From Candidatus Kapaibacterium sp. (lineage in GTDB: Bacteria; Bacteroidota; Ignavibacteria; Palsa-1295): a DNA stretch of 50,568 nt. The notes under the pieces were generated by a model. That model searched no databases. It had not been told where the DNA came from and saw only the letters and a list, made by a program, of their open reading frames with translations. How positions within the stretch are numbered: the first letter of the stretch is position 1; each line of letters opens with the position of its first letter. The stretch is from positions 1-50,568 of the forward strand of contig JADGPZ010000005.1 of the NCBI GenBank assembly GCA_017882165.1, read 5' to 3'. Shown here piece after piece: positions 25,901-34,368 of the stretch. The translations under genes and the position numbers were made by a program.

Positions 25901-27336
25901 ACGCTGCTATCGCAGGACGTACCGAGAAGCGTACTCGATGTTCTGCTGATCCAGGAGTAGACAAACGGCCGAGCGCGGTATCCAAAGAGATCGAACGTGT
26001 CAATGTGGACATCGGTCCCCACCGTGTACTTCACTTGTACGAAGAGCGTGTCGGATCCAACGCCATACGGATTATACCCAAAGCTCAGCGTATCGCTGAT
26101 CCCCATTGCGCTATGATGCTTCGAGGTATCGCTCAGCAGCCAGAACCGATTCGATCCCCAGAAGGCAAAACTCTGGACGTTGAGTTGCGAACAGGAATTG
26201 CCATTGTAGAGCCCGAACCAGGCAACGGTATCCGTACAGACTGTGCCCGAGTAGATCCCACCTCCGAGTAATGGATACCGAATATCGGAATCCTGCCCGG
26301 TCGGATTCATCCACAGTCCATAAAGATAATCGCCGGTGTACATCGTATCGCCGCGAACGGCATGATCGGCGGCATAATCGTTGGTGGGTCCGCAGATGTG
26401 CCGCCAGGTCGATCCGCTATCGGTCGATGTGGCCACACCCTTCCGCCCAATCACATATAGACGTTTGTATGTGCCTTCGATATCTCCCGTCGGTTGGTCG
26501 ATGTAGGGCAATGGCATCGTTTGCCAAGTTTTACCTGCATCGAAGGATCGTTGTGCGATTTGCTTCGACTGGGAGATACTAAAGAATGTCCTCGGTGCGA
26601 GTGCGAGCGGCTGCCACCCTTGTGATGCGATCGGTAACGCCTGCCATGTCAGACCGCCGTTTGTCGTAACATCATCGATGGTCCACCCGGAGGCGTATCC
26701 CAGTGTATCGTTTGCGAACGACATCCCATATTCGTAGCCATCTGCGGGCCGTTGACTCCATGTGATGCCGTGATCGCTGCTCATTTCAATGCCATTCCAC
26801 GTGAGGAACAGCCGGTTCTTAGGAATATGGTAATAGAGTTTAGACCAACCATAATTTGAGTTCGGAACGAGGATCGCCGACCAACTGAGTCCACCATCCA
26901 TCGTCTTCAGGGTCCAATCTTGGCCGGCTCTCGCGAGTGTACCGCAATACCCGACTTTCGCATTCTCAAAGGTAAAATTGTACAGCGAATAATAATGACC
27001 AAAATATTCCGAGTCATCGAAGACCTTCAGCCACGTTTGGCCCGCGTCCGATGTCCGCCAAATCTGCTCCAGGACATGCGTAAGCGAGGAGTCGTACGTC
27101 GCAACCGAGACGAACCCCGTATCGGGCTGCCCTTCGCGCGTCAGAAAGTGAACCGCCCGAACCGCCGAGTTTATCTCCGGAATAACGATGCCCTGACTCA
27201 CATAAGCGCTCCAGGAGCGCGAGCCATTATTCCACCCGTCTAACGGTGTAAAACTCTTCAGCAAACGCCATTGGGCGCTGGCCTCACCCGTGAGGCAGAC
27301 CGTAATGAGAACCGCGAGAGTAACCTTTCGGAGCAT
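22987..27336 (-). CDS. Large secreted protein: BNR/YCF48-like propeller, Cys-containing Ig-like repeats, cohesin-like domain and T9SS-type C-terminal domain
   Basis: Start at MLRKVTL; repeated S/TxDGGxTW Asp-boxes; repeated NxxCDxLxI...LxPGDS Ig units; ends EVYDELGRVV...GSFVLLLKAG...KFVYLR. Confidence 0.8.
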   Translation of the reverse strand: MLRKVTLAVLITVCLTGEASAQWRLLKSFTPLDGWNNGSRSWSAYVSQGIVIPEINSAVRAVHFLTREGQPDTGFVSVATYDSSLTHVLEQIWRTSDAGQTWLKVFDDSEYFGHYYSLYNFTFENAKVGYCGTLARAGQDWTLKTMDGGLSWSAILVPNSNYGWSKLYYHIPKNRLFLTWNGIEMSSDHGITWSQRPADGYEYGMSFANDTLGYASGWTIDDVTTNGGLTWQALPIASQGWQPLALAPRTFFSISQSKQIAQRSFDAGKTWQTMPLPYIDQPTGDIEGTYKRLYVIGRKGVATSTDSGSTWRHICGPTNDYAADHAVRGDTMYTGDYLYGLWMNPTGQDSDIRYPLLGGGIYSGTVCTDTVAWFGLYNGNSCSQLNVQSFAFWGSNRFWLLSDTSKHHSAMGISDTLSFGYNPYGVGSDTLFVQVKYTVGTDVHIDTFDLFGYRARPFVYSWISRTSSTLLGTSCDSSVSYITITNRCCDTLALQNLRLAQSINFHLDSASKTRLLPGDSVVLRVVGRAIVDGTYRDTLRYRLARSIDLRDSTVPIYFQQTNPVSIHIDRLALQSARLCAPLDTVIQIRNTFCDSLTVTGIDLQDTAIFRITGPAFPVSLAVGSMLPVHLRVRADSLGTFVKRATVHLAVGTLRVDTVLTFSIKVAAKNPMEAVVPTAATFQDSCALKNLRVQLTNHACDAMEIDAISETGDGSLDTTFTYPVQLPADSSISFPISPTAYARGTYTTTVEVQLRALGISYDTALGISYSVLSNVRPRITTRTARITMPTSTLCGSFDTTLYFTNTSCRTIEWVATDWTIPLADYSIANAPALPRYIASGTKDSIQIHYVPGAPGPRNAQLHLAFVLDASRLDTTIVYSGTVVPGGLIAPATVELDSVSKCTWTEREAWLVNVACDSIEIVQITSSDPLVTIVSPKPGTWVHTKDSVAIHIRFTPGATGEFLATITATDSSNNGRAALPFSVHAFVVAPAPQLRIAPPALVLVGIPPCMTVDTSVTIVNQSQCDSLTLQSASLLQSGPQLQLDASALPRTLAPGDSIRLVFHWLLAPLSTASDTCRIVGDTSFALFLSATSGNAQSVLGLPTALHQLRARICSTDSKYIDFANDGCAAIEVDSIRLNAPSSHSSFALTRIPSCPRTLQPGEHDSIEITFDAESADTLVALVYIASTATNARDSIRITGMGYGNPASMRLGGRVNNAAFATALPGQTISYSLRFRDSLASGAGLRSVSARLNFNDNLLTPQQISPANGWRLSSQAPHSGGIDLTLTKSDPNGPIAVDDPLVNCDMTVAATKDSQTTIIASPIQFNAGDSNYARCVLAAVSTSDTATFTIGPFCGDQLIRHEIAGTSLIELLRIAVREPSATRPIAQFTLAGDADIMLEVYDELGRVVFTTGGISEVKGYHEVPLSLPSEGSFVLLLKAGQERRVEKFVYLR

Positions 27337-27467
27337 GGAACCTCCATCGCAATAGTGACACATGAATGATTCGCGCCCGAAGTCGCGAATCCCACTCATC
27401 GAAACGAACGTGGAGTGATTCGCAATGATTCAGGCAGAAATCCAGCGCCACATGACGACGGCGCGCT

Positions 27468-28289
27468 CTACCGCATCCACACAATCCGCTTCGCCGGGCT
27501 TTCGCCTTTGTCGGTCACGAGCTTGTAAAAATAGGAGCCGCTCGGAAGATCGGTGGCTTCGATCAGGAGATCGCTGAAGGCATTCGTGACGTGATAGCGC
27601 TTCATTTCGCGGCCATCCTCGCTCGTCAATATCATCTCGCCGCTCGATACACCTTGCGGCAGATCATAAGCGATGCGCACGCGACCGCTCGCCGGATTGG
27701 GATACGCGGAAGCGGGAAGCATCGCATCAGCGAATGATGAGGAAGCATTGATGATGCCTGCCTTTTGTGTGCAGGTCGGGAGTTTGCCGGGGAGGGAGTA
27801 GATTCTAACGCCGTCGTTCTTTGTGACAATCATCTTCGTCCCATCAGCGGTTGTTCTAATATTATGTGGCGGACCTTGCTCAATCCCCTCCGCAATTTGA
27901 GAGGAACCCGCGCCCAAGGAGCAGGTGTCACAGAAAAAGAGAATTGCCCCGTCATCCTTAATGACTCTTAAACCGGGGCTACCAATCCAAATATCGAGTA
28001 GATAGCAATAGGATGTGTCTAATTCAAAAAGATGTTTCGCAATGTCAACGATCCGCCCTGTGGCGGTAAGTGCCGACGGCACAATCAGGACCCGTTCCAC
28101 CGAATGATTCATTGAATATACCGTGATCGAATCTGCTCCGTTGTAGCCAACATATTTCCACTCACCTGAATCAACCTCGACGAGACCAAACTGTTTCAGT
28201 GAGGAAGGTGCATAAGTATGCTCCAGCGTGATCTGCGCCCGCGTCGAGACCGCGAAAAGCAGAAGAAAAAGTGTAATGAAGTATTTCAT
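27468..28289 (-). CDS. T9SS type A sorting-domain protein
   Basis: Signal peptide; AQITLEHTY; AYPNPASG...LPSGSYFYKL C-terminal domain. Confidence 0.85.
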   Translation of the reverse strand: MKYFITLFLLLFAVSTRAQITLEHTYAPSSLKQFGLVEVDSGEWKYVGYNGADSITVYSMNHSVERVLIVPSALTATGRIVDIAKHLFELDTSYCYLLDIWIGSPGLRVIKDDGAILFFCDTCSLGAGSSQIAEGIEQGPPHNIRTTADGTKMIVTKNDGVRIYSLPGKLPTCTQKAGIINASSSFADAMLPASAYPNPASGRVRIAYDLPQGVSSGEMILTSEDGREMKRYHVTNAFSDLLIEATDLPSGSYFYKLVTDKGESPAKRIVWMR

Positions 28290-28365
28290 GGTGGTTGCGT
28301 GTGGTTAGTGATACACGTAACAACTTCGGAACGGGGGTTTTGTTACACCCCGCCGGGCGTCAAAG

Positions 28366-28452
28366 TGTCATTCCCGCGGAAGCGGGAATCCAGGTTCGAC
28401 TCGGTTGACTGATGATTCTGGGGCCTGGATCCCCGCGTTCGCGGGGATGACA
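28366..28452. repeat. REP-like palindromic element (TGTCATTCCCGC family)
   Basis: tgtcattcccgcggaagcgggaatccagg...cctggatccccgcgttcgcggggatgaca, with nested hairpins. Confidence 0.82.
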
Positions 28453-28526
28453 ACGTTCGCCGCGAACGGCTGCGCTCCTTCCTCTGTTTGCGAATCCGCT
28501 CGCCAAATATAGACGTTTAGACTCAC

Positions 28527-30395
28527 GTGAAGCCCACAGACACTCAGAATCCGGATTATTTTCATAAAGTCGTCGATTGCCAATGGGCGTGCCCGGCGCA
28601 CACGAACGTGCCCGAGTACCTCCGGCTCATCGCGCAGGGGCGGTACACCGACTCCTACATGGTCAATCGCGAGTCGAACGTGTTTCCCGGCATCCTCGGT
28701 CGCACGTGCGACCGGCCCTGCGAGCCGGCCTGCCGCCGCGAGCGGGTTGACGGCAAGCCCGTCGCGATCTGCCGCCTGAAGCGCGTCGCTGCCGATCATC
28801 GCGATGACGTCACTGACCGCCTCCCCAAGATTCCGACACAGAAGAACGGCAAGCGCATCGCCTGCATCGGCGCGGGACCGGCATCGCTCACTGTCGCAAA
28901 CGATCTCATGCCGCTCGGATATGAGGTCACGATCTTCGAAGCGATGGATAAGCCGGGCGGACTCATGCGCTCGAATATCCCGTCGTTCCGCTTGCCGGAC
29001 CACGTGCTCGATGAAGAGATTGCAATGATCGTCGATATGGGCGTGGATGTCCGATACAATTCGCCGGTCAAGAGTCTTAAATCGCTGTTGATCGAGGACC
29101 CTCCCCTAACCCCTCCCGCAAGCGGGAGGGGAACAAATATGAATTCTCCCCTCCCGCTTGCGGGAGGGGCCGGGGGAGGGTCATTCGATGCAGTGTTTAT
29201 TGGAAGTGGTGCGCCGCGCGGCAAAGATTTAGAGCTTCCCGGTCGCAAAGAAGCTGCCGCGAACATTCACATTGGCATCGACTGGTTGTTCTCGATCGCG
29301 TTCGAGCACATCAAGTCGATCGGCGAGCGGGTGCTGATCATTGGCGTCGGCAATACCGCAATGGACTGCTGCCGCTCCTCGCGAAGACTTGGTGGCAAGG
29401 ACATCAAAGTGATGGCGCGCCGCCCGCGCAAGTATTTCAAGGCTTCGCCGTGGGAATTGGAAGACGCCGAGGAAGAGGGCATCGAGATCGTCGTCAATCA
29501 CGCGCCGAAACGGTTCGTGCTGGAGAAGGGCAAACTCGTTGGCATGGAGTTCGAGCGCGTCGAGTGGAACGAAGGCGCGACCGAATCGCGCACCATCGAC
29601 TCGATCATCATTCCATGCGATGACGTGATCCTCGCCATCGGTCAGGACAATGCCTTCCCGTGGATCGAGCGCGATCTCGGTATCGAGTTTGGCAAGTGGG
29701 ACATGCCAAAGGTTGACGATAAGACACACATGTCAACACTACCGGGCGTGTTCTTTGGCGGCGATGCGGCATGGGGACCGAAGAATATCATCTGGGCCGT
29801 CGAGCACGGCCATCAGGCTGCGATCTCGATCCACAACTACGCGAACCAGGTTCCAGTCACCGAGCGTCCGGCGCGTGGGATGAACTTGGTGAGCATGAAG
29901 ATGGGCCTCAGCGAGTGGTCGTACAACAATAATTACGACCCGGTGCTGCGGCAGAAGATGACGCACGTCGATCTGGTCGAGCGATTCAAGAATCTCACGA
30001 CCGAAGTCGAGCTTGGTTACACGGCGGAGCAAACGGCGCACGAAGTGCAGCGGTGCCTGAACTGCGACATGGAGACGGTCTTCTTCGCGCCGAAGTGCAT
30101 CGAGTGCGACGCATGTATCGACATTTGTCCGGTGCAATGCCTGACGATCGCGCCGGATGCGCCGGATGAAACCACGCTCCGCAAGCGACTTTCCGCTCCT
30201 GCAAAGAATCTCGCACAGGCGCTTTTCGTCTCGGAGCCGCTCAAGCAGACGGGCCGCATCATGGCGAAGGACGAAGACATCTGCGTCCACTGCGGTCTCT
30301 GCGCCGAACGGTGCCCAACCTTTGCGTGGGACATGCAGAAGTTCGACGCGCTCATCCCGAAGGCAATTGATATGCGGGAGCTGGTGATGGCGTAG
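28527..30395 (+). CDS. GltD-like FAD/NAD(P)-dependent oxidoreductase with a C-terminal 2x[4Fe-4S] domain
   Basis: CQWACPAH, CDRPCEPAC, GAGPAS, GVGNTAMD, CIECDACIDICP, CVHCGLCAERCP. Confidence 0.9.
   Translation: MKPTDTQNPDYFHKVVDCQWACPAHTNVPEYLRLIAQGRYTDSYMVNRESNVFPGILGRTCDRPCEPACRRERVDGKPVAICRLKRVAADHRDDVTDRLPKIPTQKNGKRIACIGAGPASLTVANDLMPLGYEVTIFEAMDKPGGLMRSNIPSFRLPDHVLDEEIAMIVDMGVDVRYNSPVKSLKSLLIEDPPLTPPASGRGTNMNSPLPLAGGAGGGSFDAVFIGSGAPRGKDLELPGRKEAAANIHIGIDWLFSIAFEHIKSIGERVLIIGVGNTAMDCCRSSRRLGGKDIKVMARRPRKYFKASPWELEDAEEEGIEIVVNHAPKRFVLEKGKLVGMEFERVEWNEGATESRTIDSIIIPCDDVILAIGQDNAFPWIERDLGIEFGKWDMPKVDDKTHMSTLPGVFFGGDAAWGPKNIIWAVEHGHQAAISIHNYANQVPVTERPARGMNLVSMKMGLSEWSYNNNYDPVLRQKMTHVDLVERFKNLTTEVELGYTAEQTAHEVQRCLNCDMETVFFAPKCIECDACIDICPVQCLTIAPDAPDETTLRKRLSAPAKNLAQALFVSEPLKQTGRIMAKDEDICVHCGLCAERCPTFAWDMQKFDALIPKAIDMRELVMA
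29097..29182. repeat. Palindromic element inserted in frame in the oxidoreductase
   Basis: 36-bp arms gaccctcccctaacccctcccgcaagcgggagggga / tcccctcccgcttgcgggaggggccgggggagggtc (3 mismatches); encodes DPPLTPPASGRGTNMNSPLPLAGGAGGGS. Confidence 0.88.
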
Positions 30396-30430
30396 GGCAC
30401 TTCTCCGCAACCGCACAGGTTGAAATTGAT

Positions 30431-30646
30431 ATGATTACGAATCTAACCGCTGCGTTCCAGAAGGTACCGGAAGGCTATATTGCCTTCGTGGAAGAACTGC
30501 CGGGTGCGAACACGCAAGGCACAACGTTGGACGAAGCGCGAGAGAATTTGCACGAGGCGATTCAGATGGTACTCGAAGCGAATCGCCTGCTGGCCGAAGA
30601 AGCCATCAATGGAGCAGAGGTTATCCGAGAGCCAATCGTAGCATAG
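30431..30646 (+). CDS. hicB: HicB-family antitoxin (short form, no DNA-binding domain)
   Basis: GYIAFVEELPGANTQGTTLDEARENLHEAI. Confidence 0.9.
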   Translation: MITNLTAAFQKVPEGYIAFVEELPGANTQGTTLDEARENLHEAIQMVLEANRLLAEEAINGAEVIREPIVA

Positions 30647-30651
30647 GGTTC

Positions 30652-30846
30652 GTGAAACGGCGAGAGCTCATTCGGTATTTAGAAGGCAACGGTTGCCAAT
30701 TCCTGAGAGAAGGTGCTAATCACTCGATGTATGTAAACCGGATTGCGCGCAAGGTGTCTTCGGTACCCCGACACGCAGAGGTTAACGATCAATTGGTCCG
30801 CAAGATTTGTAAAGACCTCGACATTCCATCGCCAGGGAAGACTTAG
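30652..30846 (+). CDS. hicA: HicA-family toxin
   Basis: MKRRELIRYLE..GC..LREGANHS...VPRH.EV...LVRKICKDL. Confidence 0.9.
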   Translation: MKRRELIRYLEGNGCQFLREGANHSMYVNRIARKVSSVPRHAEVNDQLVRKICKDLDIPSPGKT

Positions 30847-30852
30847 CTGGCT

Positions 30853-31226
30853 AACTACACCTCATTCCTCCCCGGCCTCCAGCCCGGCGATACGCTCTCG
30901 CTCGCCGCAGGCAGCTACCTGAATCCACTCAACCTCAGCAACCTGAACGGCACACCGGCCGCGTCGATCGTCATTGTGGGCACTGGCAACTCGACCGTCT
31001 TTCTCGGCAATGCATGCTGTAATACCGTTGAGATCAGGACGCACGTTGCGAAGTGACGCTCACAAACTTGGAAGGTCCGGCACTGAAAACTCTTTACAGC
31101 GGAGAACTGGCTTCCGGCTGCAATGAAATAAAAGCCGATGCCTCCGGACTGATCTCCGGCTTTTACTTGCTGCATCTCCGGTTGCAGGACAGAACGATCA
31201 CGAGAAAGATACTGATTCGAAACTAA
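30853..31226 (+). pseudogene. Relic of a T9SS-secreted beta-helix-like protein (N-terminal piece joined to a frameshifted C-terminal domain)
   Basis: NYTSFLPGLQPGDTLSLAAGSYLNPLNLSNLNGTPAASIVIVG...GNACCNTVEI, then in other frames EVTLTNLEGPALKTLYSGEL and SGFYLLHLRLQDRTITRKILIRN*. Confidence 0.6.
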
Positions 31227-31329
31227 GGATCGGTTGCCCTGTTTGCGGGGAAGCGCTGCTTCCCGATCGCGGCGCCACATCCTTTTCCGCGCGGCCCGGC
31301 CAAAGTTGCTTAGTTTTGTGGGTCCATCG

Positions 31330-31371
31330 TCGCATGATCGGTCATTCACGGTGGCTGAGCGATCATCCACC
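31330..31371. repeat. Two 21-bp units of the GTGGATGA-N4-TCATCCAC palindrome family
   Basis: tcgcatgatcggtcattcacg + gtggctgagcgatcatccacc. Confidence 0.55.
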
Positions 31372-31393
31372 GAAGGACTTTTGGAGGACTATT

Positions 31394-32347
31394 ATGAAAT
31401 CGAATCTGTCTCGGTTTATCGGTTGTGTGCTTTTCGTCGTGCTCTTGTTCGGCGCGGCAGGCGCTCGGGCGCAGTCTGGCATACCTCGCCTCATCAGCTA
31501 TCAGGGGCTAATGGTGACCCAGAACCAAGTGCCCATCACGGGGCAGCACCTGGTCGAGGTGAAGTATTACGATGCGAGTAGCGGTGGTACCGTTATTGGA
31601 GATGAGACATTCCGCGGCGTGGATTTCCATAATGGCGTGTTTGACCTGTCCCTTGGCGGAGCTTTCACTCCGCCTGAGTTTCCGGCTCGTTTTACATTCG
31701 CCCAGCCGGTGTGGCTTGCGATCACGCTCGATCCTGGCAGCAGCAGTGAGCAAGTATTCCCAAGACAGGAATTGCTCTCCGCGCCATACGCCATGAACTC
31801 CGAGCGTGCGAACGGTCTCCAGGTAACCGTCCAGCCGGTCAATGGCGCTCTCTGGCCTGTGCCAGTCGATGGAACCGGGAAGATCGACGCTTCGGTGTTG
31901 CCGGCGCCAACGGCTGGGGTCACCACACTCAATGCGGTTGGTCCCGATGCCGGCGGAGGTATCAGTCTCCTTCCGGGCAATGGCATTTCGATTACGCCGA
32001 ATGCGAACGCACATAATATCACAATCTCCAGGGTTGGAGGAATCGACACAATCGTCTGCGGACCGGGTCTTAGCGGCGGAGGAACCGGCCCCAGTGTGAT
32101 GCTCTATATCGGTCCAGGTCAGATTACAAGTAGCATGATCTCCCCAGAAGCAATTTACGATGATAAGATCGCACCCGGAACAATTACCGCTTCGCGGTTA
32201 GCGCCACCAGGCACATACGCGACGACAATCGCCGTCGGGTCAACTGCACAGCGACCCGTATCACCCGTCCAGGGGATGATTAGACTCAATACCACAACCG
32301 GCAAATTCGAAGGCTACGATGGCACAGCCTGGGTAAATCTGAATTAG
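31394..32347 (+). CDS. Secreted fibre-like protein, paralogue 1
   Basis: GGAGG RBS; signal peptide; IPRLISYQG...NGVFDLSLG...PRQELLSAPYA N-terminal domain; C-terminal GSTAQRP...GMIRLNTTTGKFEGYDGTAW. Confidence 0.75.
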   Translation: MKSNLSRFIGCVLFVVLLFGAAGARAQSGIPRLISYQGLMVTQNQVPITGQHLVEVKYYDASSGGTVIGDETFRGVDFHNGVFDLSLGGAFTPPEFPARFTFAQPVWLAITLDPGSSSEQVFPRQELLSAPYAMNSERANGLQVTVQPVNGALWPVPVDGTGKIDASVLPAPTAGVTTLNAVGPDAGGGISLLPGNGISITPNANAHNITISRVGGIDTIVCGPGLSGGGTGPSVMLYIGPGQITSSMISPEAIYDDKIAPGTITASRLAPPGTYATTIAVGSTAQRPVSPVQGMIRLNTTTGKFEGYDGTAWVNLN

Positions 32348-32358
32348 AACGGCGCAAT

Positions 32359-33300
32359 ATGAAATCAACTTTTCCCTTGCGAGTTGTCGCCACCGTCGCC
32401 ATAACATTGATGGTTGGTGCATCGATTGGGCTGGCGCAGGTGCCCCGCCTCTTCAGCTATCAGGGACTCATGCTGGATAAGAATCAGCAGTCCGTCACTG
32501 GAGATCACATTATCGAAGTGAAGTACTACGATGCCACGTCGGCAGGAACTATGATGCTCGATGAGACTCAGCAAGTCCATTTTCACAATGGTATCTTCGA
32601 TTTGAATCTGGGGTTTTCGAGCGGCTTTCCAACGAACTACTTATTTTCGAGCGGGGTGTGGATTGAGATTACCCTGGATCCTGGCAGCAGTAATGAATGG
32701 GTCTTTCCGAGGCTGATTATTCTCTCCGCGCCGTATGCGCTGAACACGGAAAGAGTAAACGGAATCGAGGTAATGAACCACCCAGTCAACGGCGCTTTGT
32801 GGCCTGTTCCTATCGGTGGGAACGGACGCATTGCCGCTTCAATCTTGCCCGCGCCAGATGCGCCGCCTGTCATATCGCTGAATACTGTTAGTCCCGATGC
32901 CAGCGGAGCCATCAGCCTCCTTGCCGGGAATGGCATCGCATTGACGCCGAACGCGAGCACTCATACCATCAAGATCGCAGGTTCGAAGCCGCCCGTGATC
33001 GATACTCTTGTCGCCACCTTTTCGTACTTGACTGGGGTGGGTGGGAACGACATAGGGCTATTTGTTGGGACGGGATATCTTACAAACAGCTTGTTTGCCA
33101 CAGGGACGATAACGGATAATAATTTCGCTCTTGGTTCGATCACTTCCTCCCGTTTTGCTCCGAATACATCCGCAACAATGGTCGCGGTTGGCACCACAGC
33201 GCAGCATCCCGCCATTCCCGTGCAAGGCACGATCCGCTTCAACACCGACACCGGCAAGTTCGAAGGCTACGACGGGACGGCGTGGTCGAATTTGAATTAA
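32359..33300 (+). CDS. Secreted fibre-like protein, paralogue 2
   Basis: Collinear with 31394-32347; ends GTIRFNTDTGKFEGYDGTAWSNLN. Confidence 0.75.
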   Translation: MKSTFPLRVVATVAITLMVGASIGLAQVPRLFSYQGLMLDKNQQSVTGDHIIEVKYYDATSAGTMMLDETQQVHFHNGIFDLNLGFSSGFPTNYLFSSGVWIEITLDPGSSNEWVFPRLIILSAPYALNTERVNGIEVMNHPVNGALWPVPIGGNGRIAASILPAPDAPPVISLNTVSPDASGAISLLAGNGIALTPNASTHTIKIAGSKPPVIDTLVATFSYLTGVGGNDIGLFVGTGYLTNSLFATGTITDNNFALGSITSSRFAPNTSATMVAVGTTAQHPAIPVQGTIRFNTDTGKFEGYDGTAWSNLN

Positions 33301-33571
33301 GGGCATTGGGCAGAATTCTCAGGAAATTTTGAATTTTCGGGAACGCGGTTTTGGGCGTTCATGAAATGACAATTCAAAAGAGAGAAATTAAAAAAATTTG
33401 ATATTTCTTTCTGGTGGAAGAAAGATCTGTCTATGTGAATGAGAATTATGAATTTCAAACTCAAATGCTAAAGTCGGGCGCCGATTTCGCTTCATAAAGA
33501 ATGGCCATGGGTAGTTCGGGGCAGGCCTCGACCGCAACTTTGCCCCATGTGCTGTGTTCCCTCTAAGAGGT

Positions 33572-34342
33572 ATGGAACAGACCGTGGTTGCAGATAGCAG
33601 AGAGTGGAGCGTTGATGCTGGAGGTCTCGATAGACCACAGCAATCGACTGGCCAATCTTCGCGTCCTGCGCCAACGCGTCCCGCGTTAACGCGTCCAGCA
33701 CCAAGAGGAGGACTCGGCACAACGGGAGTGAGCCGGGACATCGAAAATGCCGAGGACCTGGTGCTGTTTCGCGAGTTCCTCGCTGGAATGTCGGACACGC
33801 GCGCGGAAAGTCGTCGTCACGCGCGCGAAGCCTACACCAAGATCTACCTGCGCTACCGGGACCGCGTCTATGCCTACTCGCTCCGGATGCTCTCGAACCA
33901 GGAGGAGGCGCAGGACCTGTATCAGGAGGTCTTCCTGAGGGTGTTGACGCGCGCGCATACGTTCGAGGAAGAGAAGAGTTTGGGTGGCTGGATTTTCACG
34001 ATCGCGCATAACCTGTGCTTAAATAAGCTGCGCGACCGGAAGCCGCAGGACTCGATTGGCGACTTGCGGCCGAGCGGCGCATCGTCGTCGATGCTCGATC
34101 CTCTCGTCGTCCGGCCAGCGGAAGATCTGGGCGAGTCATGGCGCGAGCGAATCGAGTGGGCCATGAGCCAACTTCCGGCGGAGCAACGCGAGGCGCTCGT
34201 GCTCCGGGAGTACGAGGGACTCAGCCATCAGGAAATTACCGATGTTCTCAAAGCGAGTATCCCGGCTGTCAAGAGCCGGATCTATCGCGCGAAGGAGACG
34301 CTCAGAAAATTGTTAGGACCGTATTACAACGAAGACATTTAG
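33572..34342 (+). CDS. ECF (sigma-70 family) RNA polymerase sigma factor
   Basis: Region 2 AQDLYQEVFLR...GWIFTIAHNLCLN; region 4 LPAEQREALVLREYEGLSHQEI...VKSRIYRA; start uncertain, Pro-rich N-terminal extension. Confidence 0.92.
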   Translation: MEQTVVADSREWSVDAGGLDRPQQSTGQSSRPAPTRPALTRPAPRGGLGTTGVSRDIENAEDLVLFREFLAGMSDTRAESRRHAREAYTKIYLRYRDRVYAYSLRMLSNQEEAQDLYQEVFLRVLTRAHTFEEEKSLGGWIFTIAHNLCLNKLRDRKPQDSIGDLRPSGASSSMLDPLVVRPAEDLGESWRERIEWAMSQLPAEQREALVLREYEGLSHQEITDVLKASIPAVKSRIYRAKETLRKLLGPYYNEDI

Positions 34343-34368
34343 CTCTTGTCAGAATCAGGTTTACAGAG

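Noticed and set aside
31394-33300. Prophage remnant
   Set aside because: The fibre-like proteins have signal peptides, and no capsid, terminase, tail or lysis genes are nearby
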